From Halocafeteria seosinensis (Eukaryota), in assembly GCA_001687465.1 (NCBI GenBank), contig LVLI01000342.1, positions 1 through 57,557 of the forward strand: 57,557 bases of DNA. The letters are read 5' to 3'. Of this stretch, positions 35,426 through 48,777 are shown piece by piece; position 1 is the stretch's first letter; each line of letters opens with the position of its first letter. Below the pieces are notes generated by a model, which saw nothing but the letters and a program-made list of their open reading frames with translations, searched no databases and was not told the origin of the DNA. A program made the translations under genes and the position numbers.

Positions 35426-35441
35426 GTGTGTGTATGATAAA

Positions 35442-36104
35442 ATGAAGAGTGTGTTTGTGACTGTGGGAACAACCCAATTTGATCCCTTAATTGAGATGAT
35501 CCATGAACCAGATGTGGTGGAGGCCTTGAAGTCTCATGATATAGAGCACATTGTGGTCCAATACGGGCGTGGACGAAGGCCACCATCGGCCCAAGCCTAT
35601 GATGATACAGGTAAGGTAGCCTCCACGGCGGTAGACATGCGCTGCATGTCCTTAGTCAGGCTCTGAAAGCCTTGGCAACCAGTTGAACTTCTACATGGAC
35701 TTGGCTTATTACACTATCTATATACAGGGACGTATACACATCATGGAATGAGCTATAAGATGTATCGCTTTACCGATTCCATCGGGCAAGATATTCGCTA
35801 CAGTCACTTTGTCATCAGCCATGGAGGCGCTGGAACCATCATAGAATGCTTACGAAGTGGAAGACCACTGATCGTGGTTACAAATGAACAACTTATGGGG
35901 AATCATCAGATGGAATTAGCTACCGCGTTGGAGCGCAGGTTTCATTTGATATCGACAACATGCCGCGATCTAGCATCCACGATCCGTGCGTTCAACCCGA
36001 GTTCACTGGTCCCTCTACCGGATTCCTCGCGGAACCTGGCTACATTTATTGAATGCTTTGGAGAAGCCACAGGGATCTCCCCTTCCCCGTGCAAGTCAAT
36101 ATGA
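35442..36104 (+). CDS. ALG13: UDP-GlcNAc transferase subunit ALG13
   Basis: MKSVFVTVGTTQFDPLI, VQYGRG, VISHGGAGTIIECL, VTNEQLMGNHQMELA. One intron starting at ~35611. Confidence 0.95.
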
Positions 36105-36165
36105 ACGACCAGTAAATAGAGAAAAAGATGATACTTGTCCGTTTTATAGATAGGCTGCGTCGGGA

Positions 36166-37555
36166 TCAATATTCGGAGAATTGAGAATGCCCCGTTTGTT
36201 GGGCGTGTTTGAGGGCATCTTCTTGGCCTACCAAGCCTTGCTTGCAGGTTTCGCACTTTAATGTAAAATTAGCGACGTCCGTGTATTGGCGATCCTGTAT
36301 ACGCCGAGATGGCCGTAAGTATTCTTCGATCACAGTGAAAGAGGACATAGTGTGTCAGCATTTACCTGTTTTGCCCTCTCGACTAACGATAATGCTTCTC
36401 GATAAGCAGCCGAGTCATCCCGATCGAATACAGTTTCCTGCCCTCGAGATGTCTCCCTTGCAATACCATCGTAATGTATGCCATCAAAGACCAGGTAAAT
36501 CCGGCGCGAGTAGTCCTTGTCTTGACCTGCTTGGTCGAAAGCGAACAACGGAGTTAATATCGATCGAGTTGTCAGAGTGATTCCAAACGTACCAAAAACA
36601 AGCGGGACTGCTGTCTGCACATTGAATGCGCAGAGTTCCACTTGATAGTACTGCGACAGTAGTGCAAGCTCGATTGCCCCTGGTGGTAAAGTTCAGTAGC
36701 ACAGGGAGTTTACAAAATTCAGACGGGTGCAGGACGTGTTGCGGTCTTACCTCCCCAGGAAGCCGATTGTTTGATCCACCTGGCGTATTCAGAAGGAGAC
36801 TTTCCTAAGGACGCCTCATTATACGTATGCGGGTCACTAGAAATAGTATCCTGTATAATTTTTGAATCGGAGATGTTCGCTTGCTACGTTGATTATTTGT
36901 ATTGCTTTTCGATTCTCGACACTTACCGCTACAATTTGCCGTAGCTTGGACACTTTATCCATAGACTTGTTTTCCAGCAGGTATCCCACTATCCGGAATA
37001 GGCAGCTGTTATCCGAATCAACGACCACCCTTTTCATACTGCCACTTCCCCCTACTTCCTCTCCCCGACCTTGTTTCCGTTCTGTGCCACACATCTCACA
37101 AGATGATTGCTCATTGCTGTTCAGATAGGTACAAGCGTCACACTGCCATTCTGTGGACGCCGATTCCATTGCCGTTGCCTGTGCCGTGCTGCTAACATCG
37201 CTTTTTTTCTTGTCTAGGGTAATGACGCTTCCAGAACTCAGCCCAATGTCGCTCAATGTGGAACTTTCATGTTCACTGTTGTTATAAAAGGACAGAGCAG
37301 TGAAGCTAAGTGACGTCATGTACGCTGAAGAAGTGCTCACCTGCAATTGATAGTCTTTGGTGGGAACCCAAAGGAGATGTCCAAGGAAGAAGACCCCGAA
37401 GGTGATCGCAACTGAATTCCAAAGGTGTCGTAGAGATTCTGCAAAAAGTCTTTGAGGGTGACATTGGCCGGATTGGTGGAATTGACGCTCACAACGCGGT
37501 TGTCGACGTTGCTTGGGAAGTCTTCCGGTGTTTTCACTTTTAACTTGAATTTCAT
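36166..37555 (-). CDS. OTU1: OTU1/YOD1-like deubiquitinase (UBL - NZF - OTU - C2H2)
   Basis: VDSDNSCLFR (catalytic Cys), SWGG|AIELA, FDGIHYD (catalytic His), YTDVANFTLKCETC...HAQQTGH. Five introns. Confidence 0.92.
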
Positions 37556-37867
37556 GTCAATTTATGCACACTCCACAGCGGTAACAAATTTATCAAGCTT
37601 AATTCGGAGAGGAGATTCATTACAATCCTATAGATGGTAAATGACTAGGTACAAGTACAGTAGTTGAAGTATGTGGTCGCAGAAGGTAGCGCGCGTTTAC
37701 ATTACGGCGATGTAGGGTTTTCCCCACCGTTTGGAGTGCTACCACAGCATAGAACATTATTTTCCTACAGGGTCGACTTGTGGAACAAGCTTTCTAAAGC
37801 GTCGGGGGCTTGGTTATCGTGTATACAGCAGTGGAAGTAACGAGCTGGGATTAACGTTACCTCCAGA

Positions 37868-40235
37868 ATGGCGGATGCCGGTGAAGAAGCCGATTCATAC
37901 AAGTATGAAGAGGTCTCCTTGGGTGAATTTGAGGATGACGATGAATTGAACGCCGATGCCGATTTGGGCGAAGATCACGAAGATATCGAGGCCCCGGATG
38001 AGGACTTACAAGAGGCTATCAAGGAGCTCCAACGGCGAACGGGCGAATGGGGGAAGCAACAACTTCACTCCTCCTCGTATGAGGCCAAACATGGCGAAGA
38101 GGAGGAAGCCGAGGAAGAAGCGCAACCAGGAGCAGACACCGTAGTCAAACCCAGTGCCATCGAGGACTTTATCCGTAATTTTCTGATCAAGAAAAAGATG
38201 CATAAGACGCTGGATATGTTCAACACCGAGTGGTATGAACAGAAGCAGGAAGGCTTGCTCGCGGATCACCCGGAAGACGAGGTGCCGGATATCTACAAGC
38301 AAAATCAAGAGCTAGAGGAACAGATCAATCGAATCCGAATAGAGCTTCGACATGCCCAGGTACGACTCTTCGACGTTTTTGCGTGCATCGTCCGAGCCGA
38401 CTGTGTTACTTGTTGCGGGTGTTACAGAGTGTCGCGTCGAAAGCTCAGTCGACGTGGGACCAGTTCAGGAAAGAGCGAGACCACCATAGAATGCATCACA
38501 AGCGAGTACTGCAGGAGAAGAACAGGCTGATTACAGATCTGGTATGGAGCTCTAATATCTGTGTTTATTGCGTTTCAGGTTAACATAATGTGTGTGTTCG
38601 TGGCTATCAGAAACGTCTAAGAAAGTATTATGAAGCATATGAACCCACGATCAAGGAGCTCAAAGAGCGATATGAGGCGGTTATGAAAGATAAAATGCTC
38701 GTGAAACTAGAAAGAGACAGGATGAAGGCCAAAGTAGACGCTTTGGAACGACAACTCAACAGTGTAAAGAGTTCTCAAGAGAAGCCACACACGAAGAAAG
38801 GTGAAGAGGAGGAGACGGATTATTCGAAACAGAAAAGGAAACCGAAGAAACCTACCGATACCAAGTTACCTCTCTACGATGCCGAGAATCCACATCTAGG
38901 TAGGGATGGTTCTGATGTGCTCTTGGTAATGAATACCTCTGCATCCTCTTCTCTGAATCACAGAAGCATATTATGAGCCTCCTGATATTACCACATACCA
39001 GCTACTTAAGACGTTTCAAGGACATGAAGCTCCAGTAAGTTGGGGCTGTGTTCTCGCGTTCCTTAGAAAGAGAGTACTACCATTTGTTTATTAATTGTGC
39101 AGATCTCTTGTGTGGCATTTCACCCTTCCAAGCCTGTACTAGCTACAGGCTCCGATGATATGGTATGGAAAATATGGAGCATTCCTGACGGCGAGCTTAT
39201 CATGAGCGGTGATGGGCACCAAGATTGGATCGCTGATGTAGCATTCCATCCTAGAGGGACTCATCTGGCTTCTTCCGCGGGTGACGGAGTAGTGAAATTA
39301 TGGGATTTCGTATCCGCCTCGTCCGTTGCCACCTTCAGTGGTAAGTTCCACTTGCCGATTTCTCTAGGGGCGTAGCAAAATATGATATCTTTGCCTGATT
39401 TGGTCCAGACCATACTCAAGCTGCTTGGGGGGTAGACTTCCATCACAGTGGAGACTTTTTGGTTTCTAGTTCAATGGACCACACTGCTAGGCTTTGGGAC
39501 CTCAATTCTACTAAGTAAGGGAATGAACAGTTTAATGCATCTCATTCACTTGTTCACCTGGAATTTCATTCCTTGCAGGTGCAAACTAACGCTCCGAGGA
39601 CATGTAGACAGTGTAAATTCGGTGAAGTTCCAACCATATTCTACTAATATATGCACGGGGTCAGGTGATAAGACCGTTTCTTTATGGGATGCAAGGTATG
39701 GTGACCTGCGATTGTGTGGAATGAATAGACTAGAGCGCACTTCTTGGTTTGTGTTTGCAGGAGTGGCCTCTGTGTCCAAACGTTCTACGGCCACAACAAT
39801 GCTATAAATCACGTCAACTTTACACTGCAAGGTGACGCTATTGGCAGCTGCGATGCAGGTAGGTTAGAGTGACCGAGGATCAGCTAGCACGTATCACCAC
39901 ACCTTGATTCGTTTTTTAATTTTATTATGTTCTTAATGGCAGATGGCATAGTTAAGGTTTGGGATGTGCGCATGGCGGCTGAGCGAGCCACACTTGAAGC
40001 CGGAGAAGTGCCAGCCAACGCGGTCTCTTTTGATCATTCAGGCAGCATTCTTGTCGCCGCTAGTGAAGATTCAAGCCTGAAAGTCTACGACGTTGCACAG
40101 ATGCTTCCATTGGGTAGTTTAAGAGGCCACGAGGACGCCGTTCAAGCAGTTACTTTCGACTGCGATTCCAAATACTTGGTTTCTGGAGCTGCCGACTCCT
40201 CATTTAGAGTGTGGGGTGCATCCTCTAGTACCTAG
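37868..40235 (+). CDS. SPAG16: Sperm-associated antigen 16 / PF20 central-pair WD40 protein
   Basis: IEDFIRNFLIKKKMHKTLDMFNTEWYE, WDQFRKERDHHRMHHKRVLQEKNRLITDL, followed by WD40 repeats. Eight GT-AG introns. Confidence 0.95.
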
Positions 40236-40313
40236 GCTACATCAATGGATTACAACAGAAAGCACGCCAATCCATCATTAATACCCTTTGCTAACCAGCG
40301 CATACTCCTTGTA

Positions 40314-41424
40314 TTAGTGTCGCGAGAGGTCTATCGGGACGTTTTCTGCTATTTTATATTGATCATAGAAGCTCACGGTGATGTTGACTTCAAAACGCAC
40401 CGAGAAATCCTGAGATTAAGTAAAATACCATAAATGGATTTGCTTTATGACAACAGAGTCTCGCTTACATTTGCTTCCACCGAAGGGCATGTAAATAGTC
40501 TCGGCAATATCATGTATATAGGCAACTGCATATTATGTGCTGGATGTCCATCAGCGATTTGCAGGTTTTGAACTTCTGTCGACTCTGTATAATTAAAGGC
40601 ACCTGCACGAGCAAAGCATCAATTAATCAATGCTTACTCTGCAAGCCCAAGAAGACGTACTCTCTACCCGGATCAACTGCACGTCGATACTCCGGACAGT
40701 TGCTTCGCTCTGTTCTAGTCTCAAGTGTCCTAGAAAAGGCTGGTTCAAGGAAGCATTTATGTTATATAATTTGCCGGTCACCTGCGAAACGAGTGAGAGC
40801 ATCCTGTCACGACCAGAGGAGGGTTGTAACAGAGGTATCCTCTTTTCTCACCCGAAACTTGGGAATGATATCCTTTTTATCCTCCTTGACATTCTCTAGA
40901 TCCTTCGGTTCCACTACGAACTCTTGTGGTTTCTCTGGGGGAGCTCTCCCTTCCTGCACGTACCATTATACTCTTCTGTAGACAGGCTCATCATCCCGTT
41001 TCTAGACACTTACCGGAACTGGGACCTGGACGTTGATTTCATCTCGTGCAACAATGTTTTTCCGAAGTCCTCCGCGTGTTAGCTCAGCCGTCAATTCGTA
41101 CCGAATGGCCAGATTCACTCCATGATACGTCTCGTAGAGCTGAGAGTCCTCTAACGGAGTCAATTCATACTCGAAAGGGATTTCGGTGGTGCCTGAGGGG
41201 ATCTTTCCCGACGGCGTTAGGTCCACCTGTTCACTGTGTAGAGGCACATAGCTCATTCCTGCCTTCTTCGCATTGCGCAGAGGGTGTACCAGTCCTGAAG
41301 ACCTCAAAACGAGGCCATTATGACTGATAGAAGAGGGTGTTTCCACCACTACCACTCCCGCTACGGATTCACCTTCTCTATACACATGGTCCACCCGATT
41401 CAATCGTATATACATGGACGTCAT
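40314..41424 (-). CDS. VPS26C: VPS26C (DSCR3) retriever subunit
   Basis: YIRLNRVDHVYREGESVAG, GKIPSGTTEIPFE, LYETYHGV, TEVQNLQIADG, IYMILPRLFTCP, FEVNI. Four introns. Confidence 0.93.
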
Positions 41425-41570
41425 TGTTAATTTAATAAATAAATAAAAATAAAAATAAAAATGATGGTAATAAAGCAACAAAACACTGTGTATAGCATGG
41501 CGTAAACCACAGAAACTAAAGAGAGATTCATTGGTCTTTTCTTTATCGTGTGTACAGTGTCCAAAGTTTG

Positions 41571-44412
41571 ATGGAGGAGGATAGTCCTTCCTACTACAAT
41601 ACGCAGACCTCCTCGTCGTTCTATCGAGACGAGAATGACGTCTCTCCGTCCTGGAATGGCCTGGATAGCGCATGGAGCCGCAACCCTCATCGACCCATGA
41701 AGCCGGCGTTCAGTGGCATGAATGGCTCCCCGCCGCGGCCTCCTCCTCTATACTACGATGAGCTAGCCACGGGTGCGGAGGGCGAAGAAGGGGATGGACA
41801 AGGGTCTTATTTCTCTCTGAGACCCGCCGTAGCAGGTACAGAGCAAGAGGGAGAGGAAACAGCGTCTTCAGGGGATCGACGCGTTATTCATGGCCACAAA
41901 ACGCCGGTCACTTACAGAGACGAGGAACACAGGCCGGAAATTGGAAAAGAAGATGTACAAGGGTTCCATCATCGTACTACCGCGACGCCGCCTCAGACTT
42001 CCAAAGAGTCGAAATCGAACGGGCGACGACAAGAAAAGGAAAATGAAAACAGTACACAAGCGAAATCGACAGGGAGCCGCAGACATTCTTTGGAGGAGAC
42101 CCCGGAAGATCTTAACACAGAAAGAGCACAATTTGGGGATATAGAACGCTTTGGCGACGGATATGTAGGTTCAGAAGCTCTCAAAAAGGCTGCGAGAACT
42201 TTGGAGTCGTTGCAGTTCTCGAGAAGAGTAAGTTGTCCCTCTTCCACGATATAGTTGTTTTTCCTTCATTAGTCACGCATAAAAAATGGATTGTTTTGAT
42301 GTTGTATACCGCCAGAAACATCAACATCAGGGAGCCTGTCCAGGGGAATCTGCCTTGCCGGAAGATGATGTCTATAGAGGACTTTCAAACAAGATCGAGC
42401 AGATCCAAAAAATGCAACGATATTCCCAGGAGGGGGACGGAAGACAGAGGGAACCACTCCGTCCTGCTAGGTCATCACTCGGAGACACCACACAGGATAC
42501 CATAGGCGACGGTCAGAGCACAACACAGCAAAACCTGGAGCATGCCAGCGTGCACAATGCGATTGACTATCTATACCATTGCTCGAGTGCTCCCCCACCG
42601 CCACCACCTGCTCAATCTCCCTCCGAAACCACTCCCTCTGCAAAGAAGGTAGACAGTCAGGATGGGAAGCGGTCAGAAGACAGCTCAAAATCCAAACGAG
42701 TTCAGCGCACACCGTCTTTTCGTTCTTCAACGAGCTCAAGTAGAAGCAAGCTAAAGAGAAGGGTCACCACTTCAGATCAGACAAAAACCAACAAAACCAT
42801 CCCACCTAAAACCAACGTGAATTTGTCGAAGGATACCTCCAAGCAGCTGCACGTGTTTTCATCCAATGCATCGATGAAACACGGAGAAGCACAAACACCC
42901 CGACGAAGCGAGGCTATCCAAACTGATGCTGACGACCGCTTGGGACGACGGATCGATTATCTAGAAGAGTCTTTCCAAAAGAGGTTGGATGAGGAATTGA
43001 AAAAGCAAAAAACCCACTTGCAGTATCATTTTGAACAAAAACTCCTTGAAATGGAAAAACAATTGCTCGCAATTCAAAAGTCAAAGAACGAAGCCAAACG
43101 ACGAAGTGCTGGTGATAAGGCTACTTTGCAAGAGAATGAAGCGGTCTCCCCCCGTTCGCCCCAGCTATTTCGTGACACCAATTGCCTTCGAATATCGATT
43201 GCCCCACAAAAGTCAGCAGACAAGACTGACTTAGATACAGCGAGTATTAAGCGTCTGAGGGCATTTTACAAGCAAAGGAACAAAAAACTGTCCCAACAAG
43301 TGGAAACATTGGAAGAAAAGCTTCGTTCTATTGAAGCCGAAAGGTTCGTGTGTGCCGCCTGTAGCATCATTGCTCCTATGTGATAGCGCATAGCTATTTC
43401 GTTATCGGAGCGCAGGGATGAGTTGAAGGTGACTGCAGCGAAGAACCAGCGAGTCAGCTCTCCCGAGCAACAGAACGAGACGACCGACCAAAAGCGAGTG
43501 GTGCAAGCTACGGACGGTGGGATAAAGCAGAACTCCTATGTTGCCAAAAACAAGCGGCAACTCTCGCAAAGAGTACGTATACTTTGGAAGCGTGTACGCC
43601 AGAGTCAGAAAAACGCAGACTCGTTCCTTTTATGGCAGAGCGAAATTTTGGAGAAAGACCGCTTGATCCAACAACTCAGAGATCAACTACAGGAGGAAAG
43701 GGAAAAATTCAACACTTTCGAAAAACAGTTTCATTCAAAGTTCACATCCCATTGCAGGGCGTTTGAAACCAAGCTCCGTGGCAAAGCTAGTGCTGCAATA
43801 GCGACAGTTAGACATACAGCGGAAGTTGCCGCGAGACAGCATTACAACCAACAGCTGGAAAAAATTGAACAGCAACTCAAAGAGCAGGATGTGCAAGTTG
43901 AATCACTTCCGATTTCATTAACGCCATTGCCGATGCCTCATCAGTATGGTAGCAACAGTGAAGCCGCGTTTGAGCCGCCTACTGAGCCAGGGGCCGTGGG
44001 ATCAACGTTCCGAGGCAACGCGGATGACAACTCCGTTTCCTCCTCCGGTGGATTTCAAATTGATTCCAGCAGAGAGGGTAGTCTAGTGGAAGCTGCTATC
44101 CCGGAGATCGTGCTTGGTGAATCAATGGTCCGGTCTTCTTCATATGACGTTTACTATGAAGTGATGAATTCGTCTACATCATCGCATACGCAGACATACA
44201 CAAATGCGACGGATGGACAGGCAACATTTTCTTACGGAAACAATCTCCATACAGGTGACGGTAACCCTCGGATCTCGCGAGAAGATCAGGACCATCTGGA
44301 TCGCATGTTGGCTTCGGATGAGATACGGCGAGAACAGTCGAGTAAGATGATGCAACGCATTCGGAATGCGAGGAACAAAACCAAGACAAGCCTCCGGAAA
44401 GGAAGAGCGTGA
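41571..44412 (+). CDS. Uncharacterised disordered/coiled-coil protein
   Basis: Long + ORFs joined by GT-AG introns at ~42228-42314, ~43344-43416 and ~43574-43638. Heptad-rich segments such as LEESFQKRLDEELKKQK and ILEKDRLIQQLRDQLQEE. Confidence 0.75.
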
Positions 44413-45249
44413 TGCAGTATTTGTTTTGCGGGAAATTGGAAACGGTTCACATAAAGTCTGGTGTGTGAGTAGTTACCAACTGACCAGTAGCGTAACTGTT
44501 CGGTGGTAGCGTCCTATTGTATAATGAAAACCTGACTGCAATCGTAGTACCTACAAAGTGCTTTAATCCCCAACTTCAGATACGTAATGCTGCAATATCG
44601 GAACTTTACCGTGTCACTTCCGTTGAGGCTTTCTACTCTGGATACATAGCAAAACGATTCACGTCTATACACTTAAACTCACTTAAATTTCCACGTTTGT
44701 GATACTCCGAGTATTACCAGCAATTGCATACGACTCTTTATATATACGAAAGAGGGGGAAGGTAGCATTGAATTGGAAGACTTCATATTCTTAGAAGTTT
44801 AGAAGTGTTTCCTTGACGCGTTACCGTTGAGTTAACTGTAGTAAACAACTTTCTTAGCTCTCTCAAAATGCAGACTTGCCAACCGCGTAAACGTACGATT
44901 GTACAGTACTGTTACCCAATTTGGCCGAACTTCAGATTCCTCTCTCAAAGTTCTGTAATGCATCGACGGATCCTCCTATTTTCTCTTCTTTTGTTTTGTC
45001 GCGGTAGTCACAAAGACCTAGCTCAAGGTACAGTAGTCGGATATGTTGCACTGGTTTTCGTTGTGGTACATTCGTTGTGTACCACATGTATCTTAAAATG
45101 TGTAGTACAGTATCTGTCAAGTTGTCAGCTCACCAGCCTCGATTACTGGGTTAGTTTCTATAAAATATATAACGAAGCAATCTTGCATATCAACAGAGGA
45201 ATAGGAATATCGTACACTCGTCCACCTCACAGCCTTGTGGCCTAGGTCA

Positions 45250-45437
45250 TAGTGTCTGATCATGTATACAGTTATGGGATGCCCTGTCATTGCAATGGAT
45301 GGCATTGCTATGAGAGGAGTGCGATAACAAAATGGTTTCGAAGTCAAAGCAACAGCAGTAAAACCAATGAAAATCTTCTAGAGCGTCACCTGATTCTAAA
45401 CCACGCTTCGAAAGCAGCCGTACGGGCATGGGTTTGA
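45250..45437 (+). pseudogene. Degenerate U-box fragment, paralogous to the downstream gene
   Basis: CLIMYTVMGCPVIAMDG [1-nt deletion] CYERSAITKWFRSQSNSSKTNENLLERHLILNHASKAAVRAWV* aligns with CPITHMLMVCPVIATDGYCYEEDAIQEWF...STNEGLASVQLAPNRALKAAIWSW. Confidence 0.85.
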
Positions 45438-45854
45438 AAGGGTCAAAGTTTGGGAAAACAAACACTGTTTCTCCACAATGTACAAGTATGGCCAATGAAA
45501 AATGCCTGCGGTACCACTACTACATACCATAGTATCAAGATACATATATATATATATATAATATACTACACTACAAAAGATCGAAACGCGTTCAAAGATA
45601 TCAACCGACGTCTTTACGAATTACGATTAAGCCTTATCATAAAGGGGTTTCAGAGACTTTGGTCAAGTCCGAAAGAGTTGCCGTTGCCGGTTTGTGACCA
45701 ACTTCCAACAACCTTGCATGCCAACTTTCGGAGATCAGTTGTTAGCAGTGATATTGTTATTGTGCAATCGATAGATAGACAGGTGTTCATAGCCAGCTGA
45801 TTCTGTCTTGCAAGGTCTGAACGATTAGTTTAGTGGCCAAAGTGTTCAATAACA

Positions 45855-46790
45855 ATGCCCAGTCCCGAAAGTCTCGAAAGTCCCAAAAGTCCTAGTGAGT
45901 GCTTTTACAAAGGATTGTACTTGCACCACGAAGGACATAAGGCTCCGTTGTGGTTCAATAAAACACTCTCGTTTGTCCCACAGTCAGACGCCGATTTTGA
46001 GGCTCAGGCCAATGCATACATTTATAAAGGGATCCACGCCACCGACTCGGAGATGGCAATGAGATACTTCGATCGAGCAATCGAGCTGGCACGGTTGTCC
46101 ATGGCGAAATGGAGAGTGCGAACGTCCAGCGCAGCATTCCATCAAAAAGGAATACGTTACCAAGTGGAGGGAGAGCTCGACAAAGCTCTTGACTGTTACG
46201 ACGCCGCGCGAGGGATAGGGCTGGACATGTGCTTCTCACTCAATGGGTCCAAACCACCAAATGAGCACCAAATTCAATACTCTCGAGGGGAAGTTTTTGA
46301 AATACAACAACGTTACGCGAAAGCATTGGAAGCGTATACGAAGGTTCTTTACTGCGGAAGAACCGAGCTATTCTTGGTGTCTGTTAAGGCAAAAAATCGA
46401 ATGGAACATAAACTGAGAAACAAAGAAGAGGCTGCACCAGCTGATGATTTGTTGGTAGCAAAGATCGAATCACTTCGGAAAAACGGTTTTGAGGTTGAGA
46501 ATGAATGTCCGTCATACTTTCTATGCCCAATTACGCATATGTTGATGGTTTGTCCCGTTATAGCCACCGATGGCTATTGTTACGAGGAGGATGCGATACA
46601 AGAATGGTTTCAAAGTAGACGCACATCTCCAAGTACCAATGAAGGACTCGCAAGCGTTCAACTAGCTCCTAATCGTGCACTGAAAGCTGCGATATGGTCT
46701 TGGATCGATGCGAAGACCAGCGTGCAGGAGAGTATGGCATGTGCTGATTGCTCAAATGCAGATGACAGCGGCCAGCAATGCCGATCCTAG
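45855..46790 (+). CDS. TPR + U-box protein (putative E3 ubiquitin ligase), intronless
   Basis: TPR-like helices AYIYKG..AMRYFDRAIEL and AFHQKG..GELDKALDCYDAA. U-box CPSYFLCPITHMLMVCPVIATDGYCYEEDAIQEWF..TSPSTNEGL..LAPNRALK. Confidence 0.9.
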   Translation: MPSPESLESPKSPSECFYKGLYLHHEGHKAPLWFNKTLSFVPQSDADFEAQANAYIYKGIHATDSEMAMRYFDRAIELARLSMAKWRVRTSSAAFHQKGIRYQVEGELDKALDCYDAARGIGLDMCFSLNGSKPPNEHQIQYSRGEVFEIQQRYAKALEAYTKVLYCGRTELFLVSVKAKNRMEHKLRNKEEAAPADDLLVAKIESLRKNGFEVENECPSYFLCPITHMLMVCPVIATDGYCYEEDAIQEWFQSRRTSPSTNEGLASVQLAPNRALKAAIWSWIDAKTSVQESMACADCSNADDSGQQCRS

Positions 46791-47183
46791 GAACACACTT
46801 CGTTATCAGCGGAAACAAAATCATACCATGCAAGGATTCGTCGGAGGGAACGGTGGTTCATTTACTATTAAATAAAGAGGTTCTACCATAGGCATTAAAC
46901 GTCTCTTAAAAAGACACTGGACTGGAGCATGGGTAACCATATTGTACACTTGTACCGGTAGTCCCCACTCATCCAGAAATAGTCTTGACATACAGTGCTA
47001 ACGTTGTTTGACCAATGAGAAGATCCTGTCCGCAACCGGAGCAAGAATCAGCACCGATACGATCACTCTCCTCAAACAAACCTGTTGTTCTATTGAACAA
47101 GAAAATTCTGGAGGCCTGCGTTACGTAAGACCCTACTCAGGTTGTAAGAGGACTATAAAGGATGCTTAATTCAACCTTAGTTC

Positions 47184-48644
47184 TCACTGCACAAACTGAG
47201 TCCACGCATACTCTTTCTTATATCCTTTAGCACCAGCTATACATGAACCCGTGCAAGTGTAAACGACAATGGTGCCAAAATCCAGATCTGGAAGCGACGT
47301 AGTTTGTTCAGAGATGCGAGGATGTTCAAAAGCGTCCACGACAAAAGATATAGTTTGAGGCATGATTTGGAACTCAAACTTGCGCTCTTGGCCGCAGTAC
47401 GGGCATGCTGGACACTCAGTGCAGTTATCAACTCCCTGTGCAGCAGAGTCGATTGAACATTGCTTCAGACAAGGACGACCTTCGTACCCAGCCCAGAGGA
47501 TGACGGCATTCTTCCATCTACAGTATCGAACAACTTGCTCGGGCTCTATGGAAATCCTTTCATTGAAATACCGCATCGACTCATCGGCCCCCATTTTCGC
47601 ACCTGTTGCATCTAAAAGCTCCTCCTGAGTCAGGGAAGATATGTCTGGATCATCGTCTGTGATGTTGACCTGAGACGTGCATGCAATGTCATCTGCCGAT
47701 TGGTATTTTAAACGAACGAACTCCTTCCGTTCAACAAACGGTGGCTCTGGCTCTGTGACAACTTCGAATTCAGGCAAAACAGCAGAGTATCTATACATGG
47801 CGTCTCTTAGGCAGAAAAATCCCGCAATAGAGGTGTGTTCATCACACGATCTATGTTGTTCGCAGAAGTATGACTCTCCTCCAGAGGCGCATCCACATAC
47901 TCGGCATAAACGTAACCCTCGCCGTAGCTGAGGCAAGAGCACGTCGTCATGGCATTCCGAAGCTTTTGAGGGGAAAAAATCATTCTCTTGAGGAAGCTGA
48001 CACCTCAGCACCAATACACTGTGTAGAGCAGTAAGAAGTTCCTGACAGTTGGCAAAATGTCGGATTCATCAGCGGAACACGTACCTTCCTTCGCCCACGC
48101 AGGAGCTCTGTTGACAGACAAAAACGTACAACATCCGATGGAAAGCGTCGGAATGTCCGACTTCAGCTTCGTCCAAGGGTGCATATATCTGCATCTTGCC
48201 CATCACTGTGGGTAGCCTTCTTCCAAACAAACGGCCACATCCTTGTCTTACCTGCATGAGGAACAGCATCTGTTTGTCACATCGGTCACAAGTCAGCGCG
48301 TCCTTGTCGGGCACATGGTTCGTGTCCAACCAAATCTGCATCTCCCCACATACGTATGCACTACAAGAGACCAAAACTGCAAGTGTACAACCTACCGGAC
48401 GTCCTCCAATTTTGCCTCCATCCCATGAGGACCATTTCTCGGAGGCGATAGCAATATCAGCAGCGCAATATTCAGCCGTATCCCCTTGTATACACTCTCC
48501 CTCTTCCTCTGAGCTAGGACGAGGGACGCGCTCCGCGAAGCCTAATTCCACCGGGATTTCTTCCAAGGCAGACGTCTCATGTCCTTCCTCCTCTGCTCCA
48601 TAATCATATGATGCAGCAGCACCACTGCTTGCCTCGTTCTCCAT
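47184..48644 (-). CDS. PDCD2: PDCD2/TSR4 family protein (uS5 chaperone)
   Basis: VELGF, GKIGGRP, LTCDRCDKQMLFLMQIYAPL, FHRMLYVFVC, VLRCQLPQEN, PEQVVRY, CPYCGQERKFEFQIMPQ, DFGTIVVYTC. Confidence 0.92.
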
Positions 48645-48777
48645 ACTTGTCGCTCACTGATACAATGTGAAGTCACCCATATTTCATTCGTTTTGTATAT
48701 ACGGGATACATAGATATGGCATACAGGTAGTTATTTATTTAGTTGGATAGATAATACGTTCCTATTTAGTGGTAATA

